A DNA stretch of 63,732 nucleotides, filler included, from Octopus bimaculoides (GCF_001194135.2; 4 parts of 4 records of this genome joined end to end with filler, not necessarily neighbours in it); one strand, 5' to 3'; shown: positions 39,766-52,765, numbered from the whole stretch's first letter. The notes: generated by a model from the letters alone, not told the origin. Numbers and translations are program-made.

Positions 39766-41033
39766 TGTGAGTGTGTGTGTGTACGTATGAATATAAGTCA
39801 GTATATGTATACATACATACATACATACATATACCTGTGGGTACGAAGTAGAAAGAAAGTAATGTGAAATGATTCAAAGCTAAGTTTGACTGGATTTTCT
39901 CAGAAATGAAATCTTACTGAGATTTCAGAATTTGCGAATATTGAGTCAAATTCCTGTGTTTAGTTTTTTTGTTTTTTTTTCTGTTTATTTCTGTTTTGTT
40001 TATGTATTTATTATGTGTGTGTATGTACGTGGGGGGGGGGTGCGCCTGTTTGCGTTTATAGCCATTACACTTCACTTTTATTTCTCTCAAAATTGGAGCG
40101 AGATGGTTCAATAAATAATTTATCAATTCCTATCTATTCAGTGGTTGGGCGATCAAATCCACAGCTAGTTTCTCTCCGTTGTTTTTCCATTGAACAGAGA
40201 ATACATTAATGTAATAGTTTCCCATTATGCAGAAGATGTATATAGTGAACAGCTACGCACATAAAGTAGTGTTGCTTGTTGGGGGAGAGGGCTTAATCAG
40301 ACGATGTCGAGTGCTTATGACCTTTTGATGGTCACCAAGAAGTGATAGAAAAGCAATGAGGAAGTAATGTCAACCCATGGATGTTGTAGGAATAAGCAGT
40401 TCCTCCAAACATCGAGATATTTGAATTCAGATAAGAATCCTGAAACAAATGCTTTTAACTGAGTGATTCCTCTAAATAAAGGTAAAACTAGAATGGTTCA
40501 GTTTAACCAAACGGTGACAGAATAAGTTTTCTACATCGTCTTAGTTCACATCACTATTCCCGCATAGATACTGATTCAACTGAGAATTGTACTTTTATAG
40601 GGTCCAGATTGGTAATCTTTCTAAGGGCGACCGTTTATCTTGCAATGGGTTTACGTCCAGAAACTATAGTTGAAGACAGACTAGATAACGTAGAGCATTT
40701 GTAAGGCATGAAATATATATAATAGCAGTTAGCATCTTCATTGATATGTGGGAGCAACTTATTCCTATTTTAGAAAACAGAATTTAGAACTCCTTAACAC
40801 CTAGTAGAGCAATTCCTACTGCTGGGGGCCCAACGTGGTTTATATTCCCTGGTTGTAACAGTATTGTTTTTAATGTTCTAAAACTGAGGGACTTCCATCA
40901 ACAACCAATGAGGATTTATACATATATAGATATATACGTAAGTGTGTGCATGTATATATATATATGTGTGTGTATGTGTGTTTGCACGTGTGAATGTGTA
41001 TTTAATACATACGTAAATATATATTTATATACA

Positions 41034-41073
<40 letters not shown>

Positions 41074-41169
41074 ATATCAATATATATCAATATATTATAA
41101 ATTAACTATCAACAAAAATAATTGGTAAGCTAATTCAAAAAATCATCACCAAAATAGCAGAAAAAAACG

Positions 41170-41898
41170 ACAGATAAGATTTGGATTCGTAAAGATACTC
41201 CTAATGCTTTCGATGTTCCTATGGGAAGTTCTGACTCAGCTCAAATAGCGGATGTTGTGGGTTCCTATGTTTTGTATGAATTGGCTGATCAATTCCCCAT
41301 GGTTAGGGTCGGTTTATATAGGGACGATTGTCTTATTTATATTAAGAATTATTCTACCCAATGTTTGCAGAGACTTAAAGGTAGGTTATCTAGATTTTTT
41401 AATAGGATGGGAATGAGTGTCACTTACGATGATGATGTTTCGCTAGCTAATTATTTAGATGTGACACTTGATATAAAAAACGATACGTATAGACCGTACC
41501 ATAAACCGTCTACTAATTTGAAATATATAAAATAGATGGAGTAACCACCCTAGAAGTATTATTGATAATTTAGTTAGAATATTTCGATTAGGCTTTCTAA
41601 GTTATCAGCTAATCGTGTTGTTTTCGATAATGAAGCTCCTTTTTATAATGAAGCTCTATATAGGGCTGGTTTTAAAGATAAGGTTTATTATGTTGAACCT
41701 GAATCTGGTGAGGTTAGAGTAAATAGGGATGTTAGGAATAATAAGGTTAGGTTGGTTAGGAGTAATAATAAAAAAATTTATGATCATAGATATACTCGTA
41801 ATAATGTCATGCGTAATTCTAAATGTTTTAGGTATTTTGCAAAAGGCTTTAATAATATTAATGATGGTTATCTTTGGTTTATTTTACCATTTAGTAAA
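41170..41898 (+). mobile_element. Penelope-like retroelement reverse transcriptase fragment (frameshifted, runs into the gap)
   Basis: WIRKDTPNAFDVPMGSSDSAQ...GLYRDDCL...NYLDVTLD...YRPYHKP...YI-(fs)-SNHPRSII...NISIRLSKLS...FYNEALYRAGF...LWFILPFSK; YRDD catalytic motif and PLE thumb (LD, SNHP). Confidence 0.88.
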
Positions 41899-42852
41899 NN
41901 NNNNNNNNNNNNNNNNNNNNNNNNNNNNNNNNNNNNNNNNNNNNNNNNNNNNNNNNNNNNNNNNNNNNNNNNNNNNNNNNNNNNNNNNNNNNNNNNNNNN
42001 NNNNNNNNNNNNNNNNNNNNNNNNNNNNNNNNNNNNNNNNNNNNNNNNNNNNNNNNNNNNNNNNNNNNNNNNNNNNNNNNNNNNNNNNNNNNNNNNNNNN
42101 NNNNNNNNNNNNNNNNNNNNNNNNNNNNNNNNNNNNNNNNNNNNNNNNNNNNNNNNNNNNNNNNNNNNNNNNNNNNNNNNNNNNNNNNNNNNNNNNNNNN
42201 NNNNNNNNNNNNNNNNNNNNNNNNNNNNNNNNNNNNNNNNNNNNNNNNNNNNNNNNNNNNNNNNNNNNNNNNNNNNNNNNNNNNNNNNNNNNNNNNNNNN
42301 NNNNNNNNNNNNNNNNNNNNNNNNNNNNNNNNNNNNNNNNNNNNNNNNNNNNNNNNNNNNNNNNNNNNNNNNNNNNNNNNNNNNNNNNNNNNNNNNNNNN
42401 NNNNNNNNNNNNNNNNNNNNNNNNNNNNNNNNNNNNNNNNNNNNNNNNNNNNNNNNNNNNNNNNNNNNNNNNNNNNNNNNNNNNNNNNNNNNNNNNNNNN
42501 NNNNNNNNNNNNNNNNNNNNNNNNNNNNNNNNNNNNNNNNNNNNNNNNNNNNNNNNNNNNNNNNNNNNNNNNNNNNNNNNNNNNNNNNNNNNNNNNNNNN
42601 NNNNNNNNNNNNNNNNNNNNNNNNNNNNNNNNNNNNNNNNNNNNNNNNNNNNNNNNNNNNNNNNNNNNNNNNNNNNNNNNNNNNNNNNNNNNNNNNNNNN
42701 NNNNNNNNNNNNNNNNNNNNNNNNNNNNNNNNNNNNNNNNNNNNNNNNNNNNNNNNNNNNNNNNNNNNNNNGTATGTGTGTATGTGTGTGTATATGGGTA
42801 TGTGTATGTATATGTATGTGTGTATGTATGTGTGTATATATACTTATATGTA

Positions 42853-42895
<43 letters not shown>

Positions 42896-43149
42896 ATGTA
42901 TGTGTGTATATATGTGTATGTGTAATGTTTTGTATGTGTGTATATATGTATGTGTATATATATGTATGTATGTATGTGTGTGTATGTGTATACATATGTA
43001 TGTATATGTATATGTATATATATATGTATATGTATGTATATGTACATATATTATGTATATATATGTATATATGTGTATATATATATATATATGTGTATGT
43101 GTGTATATATGTGTGTGTGATGCTTTGTATGTGTGTGTATATATATATA

Positions 43150-43437
43150 TGTATATATATATATTTCATATGTGGACTTCGTGTGCAAGATTCTTGACGT
43201 GGATACGTGTGTTGAAAGAAATACAATTAAACCTTGGGAGAGGCATTATGCCAGTAATAAACACACGCACTGGTTCAGTCCTTTATTAATTTATATAGTT
43301 TTTTGTTAAACTATTTCATTGCACTCTTGCAATCTCTTCAGTAACTTGTCTCTCCACTTCCATTTATTTTGAATGTATGCATACATTCAAAAAACTATAT
43401 AAATTAATAAAGGACTGAACCAGTGCGTGTGTTTATT
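43150..43437. mobile_element. PLE terminal-repeat remnant with a 50-bp perfect inverted repeat
   Basis: 43256-43305 is the exact reverse complement of 43388-43437; 26-bp palindrome at 43367-43392; hammerhead in the spacer. Confidence 0.75.
43305..43345 (-). ncRNA. Minimal type I hammerhead ribozyme motif
   Basis: GUUA-CUGAAGA-G-AUUGCA(AGAG)UGCAAU-GAAAU-A-GUU-UAAC: 4-bp stem I, intact core, 6-bp stem II, quasi-palindromic stem III. Confidence 0.7.
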
Positions 43438-43937
43438 TTTTTTATGTATATATAATTTTATAATATATTTTAAAATCAGTTTTTTTAATATATTTTTATT
43501 TATATATTTATATATCTATATATATATGTGTGTGTGTGGATGTATGTGTGTGTGTGTGTATGTGTTTATGACTTGTGAATTTTGCTTGTTTCTGTATGCA
43601 TACATATGCATGTGAGCATGCACGTGTGTGCGCGCATGAACGTGTGTGCGCGCATGAACGTGTGTGCGTGTGTACGGGCGCACACGCAGATGACTGCATG
43701 TAGGTAATAGCGTTCTTTTTGCTAAAACTTTAAAAATTTTGTTCGGTTTTTGTAATTGTGAAATTTTTTCGCCATGAACGGTTTGTGTTTTTAAACCGAA
43801 TGTATTTTTTCTGATGTGTAAAGAAATTTTAATTTATTAAGTCTCTTAATGAATTCTTTATACTGAAATATATATTGAAGAAGATAAATATGTTCATTTG
43901 AATATATACGTTTTTGCGTCGTAACTCCTTTATATAT

Positions 43938-44808
43938 ATATATATTGACTGCCAACCTCCGGCCTGTTGTTAATTTTGGGCCCTGGTCTGTCCATGAGGA
44001 TAGCTTCTTTAATTCTTATATTATCCAAATTTCATTCATTGGCCTCAATTTTGACTGTTATGCTATGCATTTGTCACTGTTCCGGCACCTGTCTAGATGT
44101 TTTCCGAGAGAGGAGGCTTTCGTCTGGGGTACTTAAGCCGATTTACAATGGATATAGGGTACCCGTTCGTTTTCAATATTTCTAGGAAGCGTGTAGTGTG
44201 GATCACCTTGTACTCTGTCCTGCTGCACTTGCTCTGGATGTGTGCAAGTTCATTTCTGGCATATCCTATTTTGGTACCGAGTGGAAGTGCTGAACTATAC
44301 TGGACAATCTTATCTCTACTGGCTGCTTTCTTGTAGACCTCGATGTGGATCTCTCCTTCTTTTGTTATTTTCAGTTGGAAGTCAAGTAGCGATAGTGAAC
44401 CAGTGTTGTCGGGATGTTCTATAGTGAACTGTAAGTTCATGTCCATGTTGCTGAGGAAACGAACAAGGGACAGCAATCAATGCACACATGCAAACTGTCT
44501 CATCCATGACACAGATTTATGCCAACGGGTAAATGTTGTGTATAGAATACAATGTAACAAATGCAACAAGTTCTATGTGGGTAGCAGAACAAGACCATAA
44601 CACGTTCGCATCAAAGAACGTCTAAATACGAGAGCCTCTTCCTTCGGAAAACATCTAGACAGATGCCGGAACACCGACAAAAGCATAACAGTCACAATTG
44701 AGGCCAATAAATGAAATTTGAATAATCTAAGAATTAAAGAAGCTATCCTCATAGACAGACTAGGGCCCCAAATTAACAACAGACCGGAGGTTGGCAGTCA
44801 ATATATTA
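43938..44808. mobile_element. Rearranged Penelope-like element: RT thumb plus endonuclease C-terminus (minus), then GIY-YIG endonuclease (plus)
   Basis: 44093-44476 (-) LQFTIEHPDNTGSLSLLDF..VYKK..YSSALP..KCS; 44470-44800 (+) CQRVNVVYRIQCNKCNKFYVGSRTRP..RIKEAILIDRLGPQIN; ~180-bp inverted arms. Confidence 0.88.
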
Positions 44809-44920
44809 TTTAGCTACATCTGGATGCGTGTAGGTTCATTTTTGATAACATGCTCATGTATTATTTATTAAAAAAGTACAGAAAGGAGAAAAAAGCAAAA
44901 GAAAATTGCACATATATAGT

Positions 44921-46144
44921 ATTTTAGAATGTCTAATGGAATTAAGAATTATTTTTATGCATTTGTATACATTTAAACTAATTAAATATTATTTTACAGA
45001 ATAATAGAATTAAAATTTCTTTGATTAAAACCCTTTCTAACATGGAAGTATCCAAAGAGCATTTAAGGCACATAATCCTTTATGAGTGTAAAATAGGAAA
45101 CTCTTCAGCCGAAGCGACTCGAAACATACACTCAGTTTATGAGAAAGATTGCTTGAATGAAAGAAATTGCAGGAGATGGTTTGCAAAATTCAGAAGTGGA
45201 GATTTCAGCCTTGAATAGGAAGATCGAACAGGAGGTCCAGTTGAGTTCAATGATAAGCTCATTGAGGCATTACTTGAAGAAAATCCTGCATTATCAGTTG
45301 AAGAATTGGCAATAAAGCTTAGTTCAACCATACAACTGTTCATCGTCATCTTCAACAACTTGGAGAGGTTCCTAAACTTGGAACATGGGTTCCTCTTGAA
45401 TTGTCCGAAAGCAACCGCAAATTCTGAGTTGACATCTGCTCTTCTCCTCATTCTCGCGATCTCATTTCACCCTTTTTGGATAGACTTGTGACTGGTGACG
45501 AAAAGTGGATCTTCTACCGAAATGTTAAACGTCATAAACAGTGGCTTGGTAAAGGGGAAAAGCTCAACTACAACCGAGAAGGGAACTTCATGGGGAAAAG
45601 GTTCTTCTTTCTATCTGGTGGGATTGCAAAGGAGTAATTCACTTAGAATTGTTATCATCTAATGCAACAATCAATGCTCAAGTCTACTGTCAGCAATTAG
45701 AGCGTTTGAACCAAGCTTTGAAGAAAAAAAGACCCGCTTTAGTGAATCGAAAAGGAGTGATGTTTCATCAGGACAATGCGCGACCCCTCACTGCAAAGAT
45801 CACATCACAGAAGATCGAAGAGCATGGTTGAGAAAAAATTCCTCATCCACCTTATTCTCCCAACCTTGCTCCTTCGGACTATTATTTGTTTCGTAGTTTA
45901 TAGAATCATTTCGGGGACATAACTTTCGCAAGCCAGGAGGAGATCGAAACTGACATTTCAGAGTTCTTCGCTTTGAAATCAAAAGAGTTTTACATTGATG
46001 GGATTAAAAAGCTTGTAAATAGATGGAAGGAAGTCATAGATAATCAAGGAAAGTACATTGATGATTAAATTTCAATTAAATATAACATTTGATCACTTGT
46101 TTTCTTTATTCAAAATTCGGACAGAACTTATGGGATACTTGATA
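44921..46144 (+). mobile_element. Mariner (DD34D) transposon, pseudogenised; transposase relic at 45042-46068
   Basis: MEVSKEHLRH..RRWFAKFRSGDFSLE; GDEKW; HQDNARP; PYSPNLAPSDY with 34 residues between the last two Ds; right TIR at 46112-46144; left TIR not found. Confidence 0.95.
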
Positions 46145-46726
46145 CCTAACTTAGAAGTAGCGGTACGGATGTGCCAGCNNNNNNNNNNNNNNNNNNNNNN
46201 NNNNNNNNNNNNNNNNNNNNNNNNNNNNNNNNNNNNNNNNNNNNNNNNNNNNNNNNNNNNNNNNNNNNNNNNNNNNNNNNNNNNNNNNNNNNNNNNNNNN
46301 NNNNNNNNNNNNNNNNNNNNNNNNNNNNNNNNNNNNNNNNNNNNNNNNNNNNNNNNNNNNNNNNNNNNNNNNNNNNNNNNNNNNNNNNNNNNNNNNNNNN
46401 NNNNNNNNNNNNNNNNNNNNNNNNNNNNNNNNNNNNNNNNNNNNNNNNNNNNNNNNNNNNNNNNNNNNNNNNNNNNNNNNNNNNNNNNNNNNNNNNNNNN
46501 NNNNNNNNNNNNNNNNNNNNNNNNNNNNNNNNNNNNNNNNNNNNNNNNNNNNNNNNNNNNNNNNNNNNNNNNNNNNNNNNNNNNNNNNNNNNNNNNNNNN
46601 NNNNNNNNNNNNNNNNNNNNNNNNNATATATATATATATATATACATGCATACAGACATACATACATACATGCATGAATACATGCATACGTGCATGCATG
46701 AATACATACATACATACATATATATA

Positions 46727-47965
46727 CAGGGTGGCCCCCGAATTAAAGCAGCAGAAGTATTGGGCTTTAATAACTATCAATGAATGTAATAAGATATGAA
46801 AATTATACATTGTTATAAAAGTTTAGTGTCTCCTCCTTCATATTTATAAATTAGATAATGGCCATAGACCAAAATACAATCTTAACCCTCCACAAAAGAG
46901 GTGAAAGTAATATAGCTATAGTAAAAAAAAAACTTAAAACTAACCGAACAACAGTCTAGAAAATTGTCAAGAGACTGGGTCCACTGCTGATGGACCTAGA
47001 CGTGGCCGAAAAAGTGTATGGTCCCTTCAGCTTATCAAAAGTAGTAGAATAAAGATACGACGAAATCCTCGTCGTTCCGTCAGAAAACTGACTGTCACAG
47101 CAGAAATAAGACGAACATCGATGTATCGAGTGTTGGAGGAGGATCTCAAGACCCACTCCGACACGATGATCTGTCGTCAAAAGCTCCCGCAAGTATGTAA
47201 GACCATGAGACTCGAGAGACGTCGTCTTATCCCACGTCAGATTGCTGGAGGTACGCTGCTCTACTTGGTGTTCACTGATGAAAACAAATTTGGCATCGAA
47301 CAGGCAGTAAACCACCAGAACGACCGACTTTGGATTGTATTTGGCTCTCTTAATGTTAGACTTGTAAATCGACGTCAAAATCCATAGTCAGTTATGATTA
47401 GGTCGGTTTTGACAGCCACTTGAAGGTCTCCCAGCGTTCTTGTGTCCTCGGGAGTTAATAATATAACCCAGCATACATTAGCGATATTCTAGAAGCTGAA
47501 CTGCTTCCATCGGCAAATGAGCCCTTTCAAGATGCGCTTCGGAGCATCCAACAGGACTCGGCACAATCCCACAGCTCCAAACAGACACAACATTGGATTC
47601 AGAAAAATATTCCGGCGTTTATAGGCAAGGACGTATGGCCCTAAAGAAAACCGTTAGATTTTTCTATGGGTTCCATTTTGGACATGAGGGTATGGAGCAC
47701 TCCTGATGCATCGTTCAACACTCAGAAAGCAAAACTGCGTCGGGAATCGGCTTCGATTCCGCAAGAGCAACTGCAAGCCGCGTGGGAAGCATTTGCACCT
47801 AGACTTAAGGCTGTGATTCGAAACAGGTGGTCATATTGAATAAATGTGGTAGTGTCATAATTGTGTTTCCTTTTCTATTGCTCTGCAATGCACGAACCCA
47901 AAATATAACGATATTTTGCTTTGGCAAAATTGAAAAGGGTTGGTTGCCTTTATTTTTGGACACCT

Positions 47966-47967
<2 letters not shown>
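46727..47967 (+). mobile_element. maT/DD37D-like Tc1-mariner element, pseudogenised
   Basis: TA TSDs; imperfect TIRs CAGGGTGGCCCCCGAATTAAAGCAGC / CAAGGTGTCCAAAAATAAAGGCAAC; VFTDE, QQDSAQSH, VWP..PLDFS (33 residues, consistent with 37 minus a 4-codon deletion). Confidence 0.85.
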
Positions 47968-48005
<38 letters not shown>

Positions 48006-48035
48006 TGTGTGTGTTTGTATATATGCATTTACATA

Positions 48036-48068
<33 letters not shown>

Positions 48069-48603
48069 ATATATATATATATATATNNNNNNNNNNNNNN
48101 NNNNNNNNNNNNNNNNNNNNNNNNNNNNNNNNNNNNNNNNNNNNNNNNNNNNNNNNNNNNNNNNNNNNNNNNNNNNNNNNNNNNNNNNNNNNNNNNNNNN
48201 NNNNNNNNNNNNNNNNNNNNNNNNNNNNNNNNNNNNNNNNNNNNNNNNNNNNNNNNNNNNNNNNNNNNNNNNNNNNNNNNNNNNNNNNNNNNNNNNNNNN
48301 NNNNNNNNNNNNNNNNNNNNNNNNNNNNNNNNNNNNNNNNNNNNNNNNNNNNNNNNNNNNNNNNNNNNNNNNNNNNNNNNNNNNNNNNNNNNNNNNNNNN
48401 NNNNNNNNNNNNNNNNNNNNNNNNNNNNNNNNNNNNNNNNNNNNNNNNNNNNNNNNNNNNNNNNNNNNNNNNNNNNNNNNNNNNNNNNNNNNNNNNNNNN
48501 NNNNNNNNNNNNNNNNNNNNNNNNNNNNNNNNNNNNNNNNNNNNNNNNNNNNNNNNNNNNNNNNNNNNNNNNNNNNNNNNNNNNNNNNNNNNNNNNNNNN
48601 NNN

Positions 48604-48716
48604 AGAAGAAGAAGAAGAAGAAGAAGAAGAAGAAGAAGAAGAAGAAGAAGAAGAAGAAGAAGAAGAAGAAGAAGAAGAAGAAGAAGAAGAAGAAGAAGAA
48701 GAAGAAGAAGAAGAAG
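48604..48716. repeat. (AGA)n microsatellite
   Basis: Read directly from the sequence. Confidence 0.98.
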
Positions 48717-48879
48717 AGAGAGAATGCAGGATGATAGGATTGTGGTAGGATGCTAAATGGCCAAGTGACTGGGACTGTTTTTAGTGAATTCTTGGGTATC
48801 TCTTTTACATGTGTTATTTTTAATATTTTCGTGTGTGTTTATTTTAATGTCGTGGTGGATATGTCATTTGTTGTGAATG

Positions 48880-49279
48880 CGTTCAAAAGGGGTCTGTATT
48901 TTGTAATAAAGAACGACTCTTTACTAATTCGTTGGCTACATATTGTATCGTCCCTGAATTGATGGGTGGGGGGAATTCTGAGGCTTGGATTTTGCTATTG
49001 GCGCAAATGTTGATATGTTGGCTGAATGCTATTTTTCTGGGGGGTTTTTGTTTTGTTTTTTGATCTGGGATCTGTGCAGAGCCATCCTTTGCCGTAGACT
49101 GTTTTTTGTTTGGCCTATGTATTGCTCTTGACACCCAGAGCAGGTTAGTGCGTATATCAAGTTCTCTGAAGCACCTGTGAAGCTGCTTTTCACTGTGAAA
49201 CGTTGTCCCTGTTTGAAGGAGATCACTGATCCCTCGATTAAATTGACACATATCCCACAGTCGGGTCTTCCCCATATAT
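48880..49279 (-). mobile_element. Penelope-like GIY-YIG endonuclease fragment with a Cys-rich linker
   Basis: CGICVNL...FTVKSSFTGASENLIYALTCSGCQEQYIGQTKNSLRQRMALHRSQI...RISKESFFITKYRPLLN. Confidence 0.88.
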
Positions 49280-50559
49280 NNNNNNNNNNNNNNNNNNNNN
49301 NNNNNNNNNNNNNNNNNNNNNNNNNNNNNNNNNNNNNNNNNNNNNNNNNNNNNNNNNNNNNNNNNNNNNNNNNNNNNNNNNNNNNNNNNNNNNNNNNNNN
49401 NNNNNNNNNNNNNNNNNNNNNNNNNNNNNNNNNNNNNNNNNNNNNNNNNNNNNNNNNNNNNNNNNNNNNNNNNNNNNNNNNNNNNNTATATATATATATA
49501 TATCGTTACGTCATTACTTCACCCGCCGAAATTTTCTATCCAAAACGGTTTTTTAACTCAATTTTTACATGCTATTATTTAGTTTTATCTGCTTTGAAGC
49601 AAATTTGCATGTGTATGTGTGAGAGAGAGAGAGAGAGAGGGGGAGTGAGATTGAGAGAGAGTGTGCGTGCGTGCGTGTGTGTGTATTAGGTGCGAAAGCA
49701 AAATCAGTGAAGTGTCGAATACGTACCTTGTGTTATTTAATTACGTCCCTTTACTCTTAGATTAACTTCGCCTCTTCTTCCCAGCTCGAGACAGTAAACA
49801 TCAAAGTATATAGAATCGAACGTAACTGGTGCTACACTAGAAATGCTTCTGCTTAATAACTGAAACCAGTGAAAGAATGAACAGAGAAAATTAATATTAC
49901 TCTTCACTTAATTTGTTAACGCTTTTGTGATAGGCATGATCACGTAATTCCAGTTCGCATTCTCTAGATTAAAAAGTTTTTGTTGTTTGTTTGCAAGAAA
50001 ATGAATTATCTCATGATTTATAAATAATCTGTTAATAAGATAACTCTATTTATTAAACAACAGTTCAAATAAATTTAACTCATCATCATTTATTTATAGC
50101 TTCACGAAACGAACTTCAATTTACGATAATATTGCGTGAAACACTTCCAACAATTTTCTCTAACGCCATGAAAATGTTCAACTGCTAGCTGAAACTGTCA
50201 AAGTTATTAAAGAATACATTACGATTCTTTTTGATGATATTCTGCAAAATCGAATATGTTTTGATGATAAAACCAAATATGATGCAAGAGAATTTCCTCC
50301 ATGATTTGTGAAGTTGGATTTGATATTATGATTCAAATATTTTCTTTCATATTTCATATACTGAACAACTTCTTGAAGTATTGCAAGAGAAATTTATGGC
50401 TGCCATTTTAGTTCTATTACTGTTGAAGGAATTCTTGCTAAAACCCTAGAAATAAGGGAAGTTGCTTTTGAGGATATTTGGAGTTTGATGGGAGAAACAG
50501 TTAGTGATTTTCCGTCCGGAATAAGAGCCAATCATCGCTTCAAGAATATAATTGAACAC

Positions 50560-50685
50560 TTCTTTTCTACTCTTGGCACAAGGCCCGAAATGTTGGGGGA
50601 GGGGGCCAGTCGATCCTGACCCCAGTTAGTAACTGGTACTTAACTTATCGATCCTGAAAGGATGAAAGACAAAGTCGAGCTAGCC
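50560..50685 (-). mobile_element. SINE A1 3' fragment
   Basis: Aligns to 864-985. Confidence 0.75.
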
Positions 50686-51080
50686 AAGTCTATGTAAAAT
50701 TTGCAATTTATCGAGTATTTAGACTGATGTTCCATCGAGAAGCTTCCAATCACTAAAGAAATTACTATAGTTCGTGTTTATCTTAATGAGATCGTCTCCG
50801 ATCCGAATTAATGGTTTCTTTTCGCCAAACCTAACATTAGGGAGCTTCTTGAATGTATGTTAGAAAATTGAATCAATGGAATTTTTCATAAACACAAAAA
50901 TTAATAAATTTAATCTCCAATTTGCCTTTTTCAACTTCGTCTGTTTACCTTTTTTTTTAGTTTTTAACTATGTCCGTTAAAAGATCTTTTTCTGAACCTC
51001 AAAAATGAAATGTTCCTACTTAATTCCTAAACTCAACAAAGGCTAACTGTGAAATGCTTTCAGTTGAATAGACACACTCG

Positions 51081-52030
51081 AAGAAAATCATGAAGAAAAA
51101 AGATGGAGAGACGGAATACTTTGAAGTCAAAGCCGGAGTGTTACAAGGCGACACGCTAGCACCTTATCTCTTCGTCATCGTTCTGGACTATGTAATGTGT
51201 AAAACGTACGAGGGCAAGGAAGAAGAAATGGGATTCAAACTGCATAGGCAAAGAAGCAGACGGCATCAAGCTGTAACAGTAACTGACCTAAACTATGCTG
51301 ATGATTTGGCATTACAAACAGAGAGGACAGATCAGGCACAGGAGGTGCTGAGCAGATTAGAGCAGGATTCGGGGAAGGTAGGATTGTACTGTAATAAAAA
51401 CAAAACAGGGCTGTAAGCATTCAACCACAAAATGCCTATGTCAGTGAAATTGAGAGACGGTAAGTTTCTCAAAGTAGTTGAAAATTTCAAATACCTTGAC
51501 ATCGTAGCAAGGAAAGCTTTTGCCTGGAGTGCTTGCTATAAATTGAGAAAGGTATGGAGTTCAAAGTTAGCAAAGAAATTGAAAGTGAGGTTGCTTCTGG
51601 CAACAGTGGAGTCTGTTCTTCTATACAAGACTGAAACATGGACGCTCACTAAAGCATTGAAGAAGCAGTTGGACGGTTGTTATACGAGGACGCTTAGAAT
51701 GGCACTCAATGTCTCATGGAAGAGTCATACAACAAACGCCGACTTATACCAGGGACTACCAAAAGTAACATTGAAAATACAGCATAGAAGAATGAGGTTA
51801 GCTGGACACTGCATCAGACACACCGATGAAACTGCTAACTATCTAGTGCTCTGGCCACCAACAGAAAGAAGAACCAAGAGAGGAAGGAGGGAGACGACCT
51901 AAATCGACAACTTGCCGGAGGATACTTGTATGGAAGGGGTACAGAAGCTGGGGACTATTATGAAAGATCGAGATGAATCGGGAAAACATGTGGAAACAGT
52001 CTTGGGGCGTCCTATGAGACGACCTAGATG
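51081..52030 (+). mobile_element. RTE-clade LINE, 3' fragment (RT C-terminal half to 3' end)
   Basis: GVLQGDTLAPYLF, YADDL, FKYL, ESVLLY..ETWTLT, RRMRLAGHCIRH; one stop codon and an internal deletion. Confidence 0.92.
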
Positions 52031-52205
52031 AGGTGATTGATATTTTTATCATAGGAGAGTTTTTACTAAAAAAAAACTGGCAGCGCAGGGTTTTATTTCA
52101 TGGGAATTGTTTCATTGAATATCTATGGCAACTATATTTTTTTGTTTCGTTTTTGTATGTGGTTTGCAAGATTCTTTATATGAATCCATGTGTTGAAGAA
52201 TATTT

Positions 52206-52378
52206 TATTGTGTCTGGGGAGAGTCATTCTCTTTTAGTGCCCTCAACGTCTATTGAAAAGTTTGCAAGGCGCAACGAAGATTTTAGTAAAAAAAAAAAGT
52301 AATTGAATGGAAATCAGGCCTGTGAGTGTTTTAAATTAATGAGGCACTAAAAGAGAATGACTCTCCCCAGACACAATA
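52206..52378. mobile_element. MITE with 36-bp perfect TIRs
   Basis: TATTGTGTCTGGGGAGAGTCATTCTCTTTTAGTGCC at 52206-52241 and its exact reverse complement at 52343-52378; a one-ended copy at ~7300-7337. Confidence 0.85.
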
Positions 52379-52765
52379 ATATATTTATTTGGTTAAGCCC
52401 TTATTTACCTTATCAATAAATGATCGCCAAGTGATGCAAGGTGTTTTGATGTTGCATAAAGATAAGAACATGAATGTAAATCTGATTTTGACATGTTATA
52501 TATACCCCCCCCCCTCATTGATATGATTTTGACTTTTTATTGTTATATGCTCTAGTTTAAGGACCAAGAATTGCCATTGGTATGTGGATGTATATACGCT
52601 TACTTTTATAAGTATGTATGAATGTATGTATATATGTATATGTATGTATGTATTATGTATGTATGTATGTATTATGTATGTAAGTATGGTTTTTCTTTGA
52701 GTTTTATTTAAGTTCTTGAGAGAGTTCAAGCCGGTCGCTAACAAAGAGACAAGACTTTCTGAGTT

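Noticed and set aside
50170-50550. Weakly protein-like stretch
   Set aside because: Multiple stops and no recognisable motif; cannot be assigned without a search
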